Of a stretch of 17,267 nt of DNA, positions 1-8,785 are shown piece by piece (within the stretch, counting starts at the first letter, position 1; each line of letters opens with the position of its first letter). Where the stretch lies: positions 1 through 17,267 of the forward strand of contig JABXKD010000073.1 of assembly GCA_013375475.1 (NCBI GenBank). Direction: 5' to 3'. Both the position numbers and the translations under genes were made by a program. This stretch comes from Promethearchaeota archaeon. GTDB lineage: Archaea > Asgardarchaeota > Lokiarchaeia > Sigyniarchaeales > SOKP01. A model generated the notes under the pieces. That model did not search any database, was not told where the DNA came from, and worked only from the letters and a program-made list of their open reading frames with translations.

Positions 1-1
1 T

Positions 2-70
2 ATAGCGGAAGTATTAGCCCGCAATGAAAAACTTACCGCTCATTCAGAAGCAGCCAGGAGGAGAATTTAA
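2..70 (+). CDS. hisD: Histidinol dehydrogenase, C-terminal fragment (5' end outside window)
   Basis: Manual translation from base 2 gives IAEVLARNEKLTAHSEAARRRI*, matching the HisD C-terminal LA-x-x-E-x-L-x-AH pattern. Its TAA overlaps the hisC ATG (TAATG, 68-72). Confidence 0.85.
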   Translation: MAEVLARNEKLTAHSEAARRRI

Positions 71-1194
71 TGCCCAAAATTAAAACCGTAGAGCACCTCA
101 ATTCAATAGAGTCTTATGACGGAGTTAAACCTTTGGATGCTATTGCGGCAGAATTAAATATCCCAGTTTCCAAAATAATTAAACTTGATGGTAACGAAAA
201 TCCCTACGATCCACTTCCGGAGGTGCTAGCAGCATTAAGCTCTCTCAAAAATATTGGTCATTATCCAGACCCATTATGCTTAAATTTAATAGAATTATTA
301 GCAAAAAAAGAAAATTTGGATGCTAACAACTTTATTATTAGTTCCGGATCTGATGAGTTAATTGAATTGCTAATAAAAGCGTACATAAATCCTTCAAACT
401 CGATTCTTTCTTTTTCACCTACATTTGGTATGATTTCTTTTTTAGCTCAAGTACAAGGGATTAAAAACATATCAGTTTCTCAACAACTCCTTAAAAAAGA
501 GTCATTTGCTCGTTACATACTCGACGAGGATCAATTTCTAGATGAAGCGAAACGGTCAAAAATCGTATTTATCGCTCGTCCAAATAACCCTGATGGAAAT
601 GTTGTATCAGAAAAATTTATTAAGCGTTTGGTATCTCTCCCCGTTTTGGTTGTGATTGATGAAGCTTATGTAGAATTCTCAGATTTTCAAAGCCTTGCTA
701 AATGGGTTCCTCAACACGAGAATCTTGTTGTTCTTCGAACATTTAGTAAAGCTTACGGTTTAGGCGGGTTACGAGTTGGATACGGTATTATGCCAAACGA
801 CATCCGAAAAGTCTTAGTATCAATTAAACAACCTTATAACGTTAATATTGCGGGACAAAGGGCGGCAATAGCAGCATTATCTAGCCCACTAGTAGATCAG
901 AGAATAAAAGAAATGAAAAAAACAAGAGATTGGTTCATCAATCAGCTTAAGATGGTTCAAAAACAATACAAAAACTTTTGGATCCACCCAAGCGAAGCTT
1001 GTTATGTGCTACTCACCTTCGAATCTCCAGATATTCCGAAGAAACTTTATACAAATTTCTATTCAAAAGGAATTTTAGTGCGATATTATTCCTCATCAGA
1101 TATGATTAATAACCTTAGGATAAGTATCGGGCTCAAAGAAAATATGGTAAAAGTTATTGCTGAATTCAAATTATTTTTAAAAGGAGGAAATTAA
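70..1194 (+). CDS. hisC: Histidinol-phosphate aminotransferase
   Basis: Motifs KLDGNENPY, YPDP, PNNPDG, DEAY and RTFSKAYGLGGLRVGY (PLP lysine); his operon context. Confidence 0.95.
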   Translation: MPKIKTVEHLNSIESYDGVKPLDAIAAELNIPVSKIIKLDGNENPYDPLPEVLAALSSLKNIGHYPDPLCLNLIELLAKKENLDANNFIISSGSDELIELLIKAYINPSNSILSFSPTFGMISFLAQVQGIKNISVSQQLLKKESFARYILDEDQFLDEAKRSKIVFIARPNNPDGNVVSEKFIKRLVSLPVLVVIDEAYVEFSDFQSLAKWVPQHENLVVLRTFSKAYGLGGLRVGYGIMPNDIRKVLVSIKQPYNVNIAGQRAAIAALSSPLVDQRIKEMKKTRDWFINQLKMVQKQYKNFWIHPSEACYVLLTFESPDIPKKLYTNFYSKGILVRYYSSSDMINNLRISIGLKENMVKVIAEFKLFLKGGN

Positions 1195-1195
1195 A

Positions 1196-1801
1196 ATGAA
1201 ACGTCAATCAAACCAAGAAAGAAAAACAAGAGAATCTACGATTAATATTTCCCTTAACTTAGATGGCTCCGGAATTGCAAAGATAGATACGGGGATAGGT
1301 TTTTTCGATCACATGTTAAGTCACATCGCAGTTCATGGAATTTTTGACATTGAGGTGGAAGCTAATGGAGATTTACATGTTGACACTCATCATACCATTG
1401 AAGATGTAGGGATAGTGTTAGGAAGCGCTTTTAAAGAAGCAATTGGAGATAAAGTAGGTATAAGACGCATTGGATACTCTTACGTTCCAATGGATGAAGC
1501 TTTAGCGTTAGTCGTAGTTGATTTTTCTAATCGCCCTTATTCACTTATTGATATACACTGGACCGGTAAATATTTTGGAAAGAATCAAGACGAGTTGATT
1601 CCTCTTACTTTAATAGAGCACTTTTTACAAACATTTGCCATTAACGCAAGTATAACTCTACATGTGAAAGTGCTTTCTGGGAAAGACGATCATCACATAG
1701 CAGAGTCAGTTTTTAAGGCCCTTGGATCCTCGCTTGATAAAGCATCTCGATTGGATCCTAAGCGAAAAGGCGTTGTCCCATCAACTAAGGGAGTATTATG
1801 A
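1196..1801 (+). CDS. hisB: Imidazoleglycerol-phosphate dehydratase (monofunctional)
   Basis: Motifs TGIGFFDHML, DTHHTIED, PMDEAL, DHHIAESVFKA and PSTKGVL; SD-like AGGAGG upstream. Confidence 0.97.
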   Translation: MKRQSNQERKTRESTINISLNLDGSGIAKIDTGIGFFDHMLSHIAVHGIFDIEVEANGDLHVDTHHTIEDVGIVLGSAFKEAIGDKVGIRRIGYSYVPMDEALALVVVDFSNRPYSLIDIHWTGKYFGKNQDELIPLTLIEHFLQTFAINASITLHVKVLSGKDDHHIAESVFKALGSSLDKASRLDPKRKGVVPSTKGVL

Positions 1802-1841
1802 GTAAACTACATAAATAGGCTATAAGATTTAGGAACTAATT

Positions 1842-2429
1842 ATGATTACAATAGTTGACTATGGAGTTGGGAATTTAAGGTCAGTTCAACGAGCAATTCA
1901 AAGATATTATCCAGAAGTAATAATATCTAACGTAGAAGAACAAATAACAAAAGCAAAGGGTATTGTTTTACCCGGTGTTGGAGCGTTTGGAGATGCCGTC
2001 GAAGAACTAAACCGAAAAAGGTTATTTAACCTACTAAAACAGGTTATCCCCTCAAAACCAACATTAGGAATATGTTTAGGAATGCAATTACTACTTAATA
2101 AATCGGAAGAAAGTCCTGGAGTTGAAGGATTAGGGATCGTTCCTGGAGATGTGAAAAAGCTTGAACTCACTAAATCAATTCGAGTTCCACACACGGGATG
2201 GAATCGCGTAACTGGAATCAAAGAACCGTATTTTTCGGGGTTTGCTTATTTTAACCATACTTATTATTGTGATGTAGTGGATAAAAGTATTGTAACTGCC
2301 TTTTCATTACATGGTATAAGATTTTGCGTTATTTTTACTTATGAAACAATATTAGGATTACAATTTCATCCTGAAAAAAGTAAGATTATAGGAGAAAATA
2401 TTTTGAAATATTGGGTAAGATCACTTTAA
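1842..2429 (+). CDS. hisH: Imidazole glycerol phosphate synthase, glutaminase subunit
   Basis: Motifs [26 protein letters not shown] (catalytic Cys) and QFHPEKS (His-Glu). Confidence 0.96.
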   Translation: MITIVDYGVGNLRSVQRAIQRYYPEVIISNVEEQITKAKGIVLPGVGAFGDAVEELNRKRLFNLLKQVIPSKPTLGICLGMQLLLNKSEESPGVEGLGIVPGDVKKLELTKSIRVPHTGWNRVTGIKEPYFSGFAYFNHTYYCDVVDKSIVTAFSLHGIRFCVIFTYETILGLQFHPEKSKIIGENILKYWVRSL

Positions 2430-3949
2430 AAACAGGTGAATTAAACATAAAAACAGTTATTCCGGCAATGGATATCCGAGAAGGAAAAGTTATAAGACTT
2501 ACACAAGGGGATTTTTCCAAACAAATTACATATTCTAACGATCCCATAACCATTCTAAGGCAATTTATAGAAGTTGGTGCTTTATGGATCCATGTTGTTA
2601 ATTTGGATGGAGCCTTAACAGGAAATTTTCGGGAAAATCTTTCCTATCCCGTTATTTTGGATATTATTTCACTGTCAAAACAGGCGGGAGTAAAAATTCA
2701 AATTGGTGGAGGAATCCGGAGCATTGAAATCGTTGAGGAATTGATAAATAAAGGTGTTGACAGAATAATTCTAGGCACAATTGCATTGGATGACAAGAAG
2801 CTTATAAATATTTTATCTAAACAAGATAAAAACAAAATAGCTATCGCATTAGATACTTATAATAGAAAAATACGTATTAAGGGTTGGCAATTCGATTCAA
2901 ACTTAGATATCTTTAATGTTTTATCTAAATTGGAGAATTTAGGAATCCGTGATTTTATAGTTACGGATATAATGAAAGACGGTACTTCGACTGGTTTAAA
3001 CACTAATCTGTTTTTAGAATTAATGGGAAAAAAAAAGTCAGACAGTAGAATTATTGCCTCAGGCGGAGTTTCAAACATTAGTGACGTAGAAAATATCTTA
3101 CTCCATGCTGATGGTGTTATCGTTGGAAAAGCTTTATATAACGGGAACATTCCTCTAACAGTTTTAGGCACTTTTCTTGATGATCTTCACCATTCAAGAC
3201 TGATAAAAAGGATAATCCCTTGTTTAGATGTAAAAAATGGAAGAGTTGTCAAGGGAGTTAAATTCAAAAACTTACGAGACAGTGGAGATCCTGTGGAACT
3301 AGCGCAATTTTATAACGATAACGGGGCAGATGAATTAGTTTTCTTAGACATCTCGGCAACTCTTGAAGGACGAAAAAGTATACTTAATACAATTCGATCA
3401 GTAGCGGAAGAAATCTTCATTCCATTAACTGTCGGTGGCGGAATTAAATCGATTGAGGATATGACCGAAATTGTTAAGGCTGGAGCAGAAAAAGTAAGCA
3501 TTAATTCCGCAGCTATAAAAGATTCAAATTTAATTACTCAAGGCGCGAAGAAATTTGGATCTCAATGTATCGTTGTCGCTATTGATGCAAAAAGAAAAGG
3601 CAACTCGTGGGAAGTATATTCACATAGCGGTACCAAGCCTACAGGGCTCGATGTGTTAGAATGGGCATCAACTGTTGTTGAAATGGGAGCAGGTGAACTA
3701 TTAGTTACGAGCATGGACAGAGATGGTACTAACCGGGGATATGATCTTGATTTAACCCGAGCTATTACAGCAATTGTGTCTGTACCTGTTATCGCTTCAG
3801 GAGGAGCGGGAAATAAAAAACACTTTTTAGATGCGATCAATAGCGGAGCTGAGGCTGTACTAGCCGCTTCTTTATTTCATTATAATATATTGAGAATCCA
3901 GGATTTGAAAGCATTTTTGAATGATCATGATGTCTTGGTAAGGACATAA
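2411..3949 (+). CDS. hisAF: Fused HisA (ProFAR isomerase) and HisF (IGP synthase cyclase subunit); start uncertain (TTG 2411 or ATA 2447)
   Basis: The N-half has HisA motifs ([48 protein letters not shown]). From about 3200 the C-half has HisF motifs ([44 protein letters not shown]). There is no stop between them. Confidence 0.93.
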   Translation: MGKITLKTGELNIKTVIPAMDIREGKVIRLTQGDFSKQITYSNDPITILRQFIEVGALWIHVVNLDGALTGNFRENLSYPVILDIISLSKQAGVKIQIGGGIRSIEIVEELINKGVDRIILGTIALDDKKLINILSKQDKNKIAIALDTYNRKIRIKGWQFDSNLDIFNVLSKLENLGIRDFIVTDIMKDGTSTGLNTNLFLELMGKKKSDSRIIASGGVSNISDVENILLHADGVIVGKALYNGNIPLTVLGTFLDDLHHSRLIKRIIPCLDVKNGRVVKGVKFKNLRDSGDPVELAQFYNDNGADELVFLDISATLEGRKSILNTIRSVAEEIFIPLTVGGGIKSIEDMTEIVKAGAEKVSINSAAIKDSNLITQGAKKFGSQCIVVAIDAKRKGNSWEVYSHSGTKPTGLDVLEWASTVVEMGAGELLVTSMDRDGTNRGYDLDLTRAITAIVSVPVIASGGAGNKKHFLDAINSGAEAVLAASLFHYNILRIQDLKAFLNDHDVLVRT

Positions 3950-3953
3950 TCAA

Positions 3954-3968
3954 GAAAAACTTTAAAAT
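3954..3968 (+). promoter_or_regulatory. Putative archaeal BRE/TATA promoter of the hydratase gene
   Basis: Purine-rich GAAAAAC followed by TTTAAAAT (3961-3968), about 30 nt upstream of ATG 3998. Confidence 0.4.
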
Positions 3969-3997
3969 CTTGAAAAGAATAATTGAATTGATAAATA

Positions 3998-4828
3998 ATG
4001 TCAGGATTAGATTTTAGCGTAGTTGGGAAAAAAAATCCAGAAAAAATTTTCAAGTATAACAATAAAGATGTAATACTTTACGCATTAGGGATTGGTGCTC
4101 AAGTCTCTGAACTCCAGTTTATTTACGAAGGAGTTTCTGGAGGCCTAAAAGTATTTCCTAGTTTTGCAACAATTCCAAGGCGTGTTGCCTTCCCCAAATT
4201 GGGTAAGATCAGTTTTCCTAAATTTATTCACGGAGAGGAATTAGTAAAAGTACATAAACCTTTTTCACCGCAAGGAGAGATTATCTGTTATAGCGAGGTT
4301 ACAAACATTTATGATAAAGGTAAAGCCGCAGTAATTAATGTGACAACTACGGGTCTTTCTAATAATAGAGATCCACTATTCGAAATTGAATCGTCATTTT
4401 TTTATTTAGGCGCGGGTGGATTTGGAGGAGATCGGGGACCTAAAAAAGAGCCATTAAAGCCCCCAGAAGACGCTCCACCAGATTTTAATATAACCTATAA
4501 AACTACTGAAAATCAGGCGGCTTTATATCGTCTTAACGGGGATTTTAACCCCTTACATATAGATCCTGAAGCTGCTCGTTTTGGAGGCCAAGAAAAACCA
4601 ATATTACACGGCTTATGTACTTATGGATTTGCGACAAGAGCGATTTTATATAGCGTGTGTGATGGAGATGTTTCGCGGTTTAAAGAATTTAAAGTTCGAT
4701 TTACGAATGTCGTTTATCCCGGAGAATGGTTAACTACTGAAGGATGGAAAGTTAATGGGAAATACATAATCCAGGTTAAAACAGAAAGAGCAGTTGTGCT
4801 AAGTAACGCATATGCTATTGTAAATTAA
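3998..4828 (+). CDS. (R)-specific enoyl-CoA hydratase 2, double-hotdog MaoC family (MFE-2 hydratase-like)
   Basis: Hydratase-2 motif YRLNGDFNPLHIDP, plus PILHGLCTYG, ILYALGIGA, HGEE, DKGK and GAGGFGG. Confidence 0.9.
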   Translation: MSGLDFSVVGKKNPEKIFKYNNKDVILYALGIGAQVSELQFIYEGVSGGLKVFPSFATIPRRVAFPKLGKISFPKFIHGEELVKVHKPFSPQGEIICYSEVTNIYDKGKAAVINVTTTGLSNNRDPLFEIESSFFYLGAGGFGGDRGPKKEPLKPPEDAPPDFNITYKTTENQAALYRLNGDFNPLHIDPEAARFGGQEKPILHGLCTYGFATRAILYSVCDGDVSRFKEFKVRFTNVVYPGEWLTTEGWKVNGKYIIQVKTERAVVLSNAYAIVN

Positions 4829-4861
4829 TTATTAAAATAAAAAGATAAAAAAAAGATTGGA

Positions 4862-6415
4862 TTAGGCTTTGTATCTTGCATTTCCATTCATAATCTTTCT
4901 ATCGAGAATCATATCATTTGCTTGCATTCCGGCAAGCAAACATCCAAAGACACCATGAACGAATTTAGGTTGAAACAAGCCTTTAATAGGAGTTCTCATT
5001 TTAAGTCTGGATCTACCAAAATTATCTGGATAGGGAGCCATATCGTAGACAGATCCAGAAATATAACCAGAATAACGAGCATATGTGGCTGGAGTAGAAA
5101 CATCCAAGACCTTTATATGCTTCCTCAAATCAGGGATTAAATATTTTTCTACTTTATCAATGAAAAAATCAGCCCATTTTTGTTTCCGTTCCTTATATTT
5201 TTCTCGATCATTTTCCCTTAATTCCAACCAATCAGCTAAGGCCATTGGTGTAATTCGAACAGTGATGTTAGGCTTACTTCCAGTAGTTAAGGAGGGGCAT
5301 ACAACTCCCATATGGAATCTCTTATCAGTAAATCCTATTTCTCCCTTTTCATAGGCTTCAAATAATCGATCAAAAGTATCACCGCCAGTTGTTATTACAT
5401 TATAACCGCAGTCCATACCCAGTGCATCTAAATCTATTTCGTCATCCAATCCGATGCTGAGGTTCATGGAAGACGTGGACATTTTTACGGACTCTACTTT
5501 TTTAGCGTATTTCTTATCGACTTCTCTAATTATATCTAATCCGACCATAGATTTCATTGCAACCATAGGATCTACTGTAGTTATAACATAATCCGAAAAT
5601 ATTTTTTCACCATCCTTCAATTGAACCCCCTTTACTTCACCATTTTCTACTAAGATTTTCACGACTTCAGTCTTTAATCGTAGTTCTCCACCTAAAGCTT
5701 GGAACTTCTCTTCAATCTTCTTGGAAAATTCAATAAATCCATCTTTAGGTCTAAACGCACCATCTAATAGGGAATTCATAGCAGAAACTGGAACTATAGC
5801 AGTGACTTGTTCAGCAGGTAACGCACTAAACTCAGCAAAAACATTAAAAATTTCTTCTACGTCTGGTTCTGTAATTCCAAATTTCTCAAAATACTTTTTG
5901 AATGTTTTAGAAGAGTTAGCAACTATTTTTGGGCACATTTTCAATGTTTTTAAAATTTCTTTACCTGTTGGTTCAAGCTTTAAGTTAAAGAGCTCAAGAT
6001 ACATCTCTCGTGAATGATCTAAAAATTTCTCAATCTGTGGTGCATTATTAGGATAAAGCTCCATTAATTGTTTTTTGAAAGTTTCTACTCCAGAAGGAAG
6101 CTCAAGAACCTTAACTTCGTCTGTTTCAGGATTTACTAAGAAGATTCTCATGTAATAGCCCTTGAACTTTTTCAATTCAATCTCTATACCAAGGTAATCG
6201 AGAATGTCAGAAATATTTGGTATCATCTGGCAGGTGTCGAATAAAAAACCTTCTCGTTCATAGGAAGTGACATAACCTCCCGTTTTAGGTTCTTTCTCAA
6301 TTAATAAAACGGGGTCTTCTTTAACATCGTGGTTTAACGCCCAGGTTAGAGCACTGCTTAAACCAGTGATTCCACCCCCCACCACAATTAAACCAGATTT
6401 ATTTGTATCATTCAT
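4862..6415 (-). CDS. FAD-dependent oxidoreductase, phytoene desaturase / retinol saturase family
   Basis: N-terminal VVGGGITGL and EK...GGY...REGFLFD; late STPATYARY..GSVY and RTPIKGLF segments typical of CrtI-like proteins. Confidence 0.8.
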   Translation of the reverse strand: MNDTNKSGLIVVGGGITGLSSALTWALNHDVKEDPVLLIEKEPKTGGYVTSYEREGFLFDTCQMIPNISDILDYLGIEIELKKFKGYYMRIFLVNPETDEVKVLELPSGVETFKKQLMELYPNNAPQIEKFLDHSREMYLELFNLKLEPTGKEILKTLKMCPKIVANSSKTFKKYFEKFGITEPDVEEIFNVFAEFSALPAEQVTAIVPVSAMNSLLDGAFRPKDGFIEFSKKIEEKFQALGGELRLKTEVVKILVENGEVKGVQLKDGEKIFSDYVITTVDPMVAMKSMVGLDIIREVDKKYAKKVESVKMSTSSMNLSIGLDDEIDLDALGMDCGYNVITTGGDTFDRLFEAYEKGEIGFTDKRFHMGVVCPSLTTGSKPNITVRITPMALADWLELRENDREKYKERKQKWADFFIDKVEKYLIPDLRKHIKVLDVSTPATYARYSGYISGSVYDMAPYPDNFGRSRLKMRTPIKGLFQPKFVHGVFGCLLAGMQANDMILDRKIMNGNARYKA

Positions 6416-6438
6416 GAATTAAAGAAATGATGTCAAAT

Positions 6439-6446
6439 TATTTAAA
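6439..6446 (-). promoter_or_regulatory. Putative TATA box (TTTAAATA) for a leaderless transcript of the oxidoreductase
   Basis: The reverse complement of TATTTAAA lies 24 nt from the ATG at 6415, the spacing expected for an archaeal leaderless mRNA. Confidence 0.45.
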
Positions 6447-6525
6447 GATTTATTAAAAAGATAGAAATCTTAGAATGGAAAGTAGTTAGAAGTTGATAAA
6501 AAATTCTAAGGTAAAGTCATTGTAA

Positions 6526-7233
6526 TTACAACTTTACTCCAATGAGCAAACCTCTATCTTTCATCAATCCGTCTATTAGAAATTCTGATATCAAATTAGC
6601 TTTAGCCATAAGTTCAAGAGTTTTATCAGTTTCAAACAAACCTAATTCATGGATATCAACAAAATACTTGATATCTCCATTCTTCTCTGCAATTAGGTAA
6701 TGCATCTCCATTATCGATAGGTCTCCTTCTACTTTTGTAGTATTAAGTCTTGCGATTTTAACATCTTCCCCATCATAGGTAGTCATTCCGGGCACTCCCA
6801 CCCAGAAAGCAGATTTTGTAAACCAAGGTTCTACTATTAAGACACCCCCTTTTTTTAAATGATTTGCAAAGTTCATGAAGGTTTTCTCTAAGTTTGAATA
6901 TGTTTTTACATAGCCAATTGAGCTAAATAAACAAAGGATTACATCAAATTCAGTTTTTAAATTGAAATCAATCATATCACCTTGTTCGAAAATCACACCG
7001 TCAACTTTACTTTTTGCGACCTTTACCATTTCGTTGTTAATATCAATTCCCATACAAGAAAAGTCATCTTTAAAGTATTTTATATGCATTCCTGTACCGC
7101 ATCCTACATCGAGGAGATTTTTTCCCTCAGATCTTTTGTATTCCCTAATCAATTCTTTAATTGTGTTAGCTTCTGTTTTATAATCCTTCCAATGATAAAT
7201 TAAGTCGTAATACTCAGCTAATTCTTTATACAT
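6526..7233 (-). CDS. Class I SAM-dependent methyltransferase (TylM1/DesVI-like)
   Basis: Motifs AEYYDLIY..KDY..EA, LLDVGCGTG, GDM..F and FDVILCLFSSIGY, plus GGVLIVEPW. Confidence 0.85.
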   Translation of the reverse strand: MYKELAEYYDLIYHWKDYKTEANTIKELIREYKRSEGKNLLDVGCGTGMHIKYFKDDFSCMGIDINNEMVKVAKSKVDGVIFEQGDMIDFNLKTEFDVILCLFSSIGYVKTYSNLEKTFMNFANHLKKGGVLIVEPWFTKSAFWVGVPGMTTYDGEDVKIARLNTTKVEGDLSIMEMHYLIAEKNGDIKYFVDIHELGLFETDKTLELMAKANLISEFLIDGLMKDRGLLIGVKL

Positions 7234-7259
7234 AATTTACAATCTTATAGTTTTTTTAT

Positions 7260-8087
7260 TTATTTTCTTAAACCTAACATCAACCTTGCTTCATAAGGAG
7301 AAGAAATGTCTCTTCCTAATTCGTTTGAAATCCTAACAACTTTCTCTACAAGTTCGCTGTTAGATTTAGCCAATACTCCTTTTGATAAATAAATATTATC
7401 TTCAAATCCGACTCGAGCATGTCCTCCAAGAACTATTGACATTGAAACCATAGGAAACTCATATCTTCCGATAGCTCCAACAGTAAAAGTCGATCCTTTA
7501 GGAATGCTGTTTACCATGTAAAGTAAATCTCGTGGAGTTGCTGCGATTCCACCATTAACCCCCATCATAAAATTAAAATGCATAGCTTCTTTAATAATTC
7601 CTTTTTTATGGAGTCTTAACGCCATATCGATCATCCCCTTATCAAAACATTCGAGTTCTGGTTTAATTCCACGAGAATTCATTTCTTTTGCAAAATTTAT
7701 AATTGTATTTTCTGTGTTAACGAAAATTTCATCACCGCCGTAATTCATTGTTCCCATATCTAGGGTAGTCATTTCTGGTTGCGGTTTCATAAAAATTGGT
7801 TGGAGTCTCTCTTCAGTACTCATTCCTATGGCACCTCCAGTTGAGGGCAGGATAATGACATCAGGGCATCTTCCTTTAATTTCATCAACGCATATTTGAA
7901 ATCTTTTCAGATCTTGAGTGGGTGTGCCGTCGTCTTCTCTTACGTGCAGATGGATAATACTCGCTCCAGCTAAGAACGCTTTTTCTGCTTCGATACCGAT
8001 TTCTCTTACAGTATAAGGTACGTTCGGATTATGTTCTTTTGTTACTTCGGCGCCACATATTGCAGCAGTTATAATTAATTTTTCCAT
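7260..8087 (-). CDS. kce: 3-keto-5-aminohexanoate cleavage enzyme (BKACE/DUF849); start probably ATG 8087 (alternatives 8093, 8096) rather than 8141
   Basis: MEKLIITAAICGAEVTKEHNP, Zn-binding IHLHVR, STGG, PELECFD and GGHARVGFEDN; adjacent to kal. Confidence 0.92.
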   Translation of the reverse strand: MEKLIITAAICGAEVTKEHNPNVPYTVREIGIEAEKAFLAGASIIHLHVREDDGTPTQDLKRFQICVDEIKGRCPDVIILPSTGGAIGMSTEERLQPIFMKPQPEMTTLDMGTMNYGGDEIFVNTENTIINFAKEMNSRGIKPELECFDKGMIDMALRLHKKGIIKEAMHFNFMMGVNGGIAATPRDLLYMVNSIPKGSTFTVGAIGRYEFPMVSMSIVLGGHARVGFEDNIYLSKGVLAKSNSELVEKVVRISNELGRDISSPYEARLMLGLRK

Positions 8088-8097
8088 ATACATCATA

Positions 8098-8481
8098 TTA
8101 CTTTTTTCTTTGTTTCTCTCTCGGAACAACACAAGTTCCACTTGCTTTGCATACTACAATAGGTTCTTTTAAGAAATCGGCAGCAGAATCATTTAAATCT
8201 GGTTTTAATGTAATAACCTTTCTTGCCTCAAAAATCATCTTTCTTGAAGTGTTGCCTATTTCAATAATTTTTCCTTCAGCTTCAATATAATCACCAGCAT
8301 AAACGGGAGCTAAAAATTCAATGCTGTCATAAGCCCGAAATAAACCCTCATCTCCATCGTTTTTAATTAATAACTCAGTAGCAACATCCCCAAATAATTC
8401 TAATATTTTAGCTCCATCAACTAAATTTCCGCCATAATGAGCATCGTTTAAACTCATCCTTACTCTAATTAATGATTTCAT
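8098..8481 (-). CDS. kal: 3-aminobutyryl-CoA ammonia lyase (hotdog fold)
   Basis: [35 protein letters not shown] and [12 protein letters not shown]; directly upstream of kce as in lysine-fermentation clusters. Confidence 0.92.
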   Translation of the reverse strand: MKSLIRVRMSLNDAHYGGNLVDGAKILELFGDVATELLIKNDGDEGLFRAYDSIEFLAPVYAGDYIEAEGKIIEIGNTSRKMIFEARKVITLKPDLNDSAADFLKEPIVVCKASGTCVVPREKQRKK

Positions 8482-8785
8482 ACCATTTCATTCCTTTATT
8501 TTTATTTCTTAGACAAAATTATAATCTAAGTTCAATATTATCTTATGAAATTAAAAATTTCTTTTATTTTCAGTGTTTCATTAATCTTCAAAACTTTTTG
8601 GTTTTAATGGAAAATTGATTCGAAGAATAAATGTGTTTTTTATTTTATTTATAATATCTAATAACAACTAATTATTTCGTTTTTTATTTAAAAAGGGGAT
8701 ATGAAATAAAGTTATATTACATAAAACAAGCTTTTTTCTATTCAAAATAGTATTAGAAAAATAAGAAATTTATGAAACAGAGTTG

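Noticed and set aside
2411-2432. Programmed -1 frameshift making a HisH-HisA-HisF triple fusion at CTTTAAAAAC
   Set aside because: The T-TTA-AAA heptamer is phased in the hisA frame, not the hisH frame, and hisH ends at its normal length.
1907-3840. Antisense ORFs 1907-2221, 2857-3171, 3310-3501 and 3562-3840
   Set aside because: They lie wholly opposite well-supported his genes and show no motifs; they are shadow ORFs.
4922-7203. Plus-strand ORFs 4922-5140, 5085-5354, 5721-6017, 6962-7183 and 6982-7203
   Set aside because: They are antisense to the oxidoreductase and methyltransferase genes and have no recognisable features.
8097-8141. N-terminal extension of kce from 8141
   Set aside because: It overlaps the kal 3' end, and family similarity begins at MEKLIITAA (8087).
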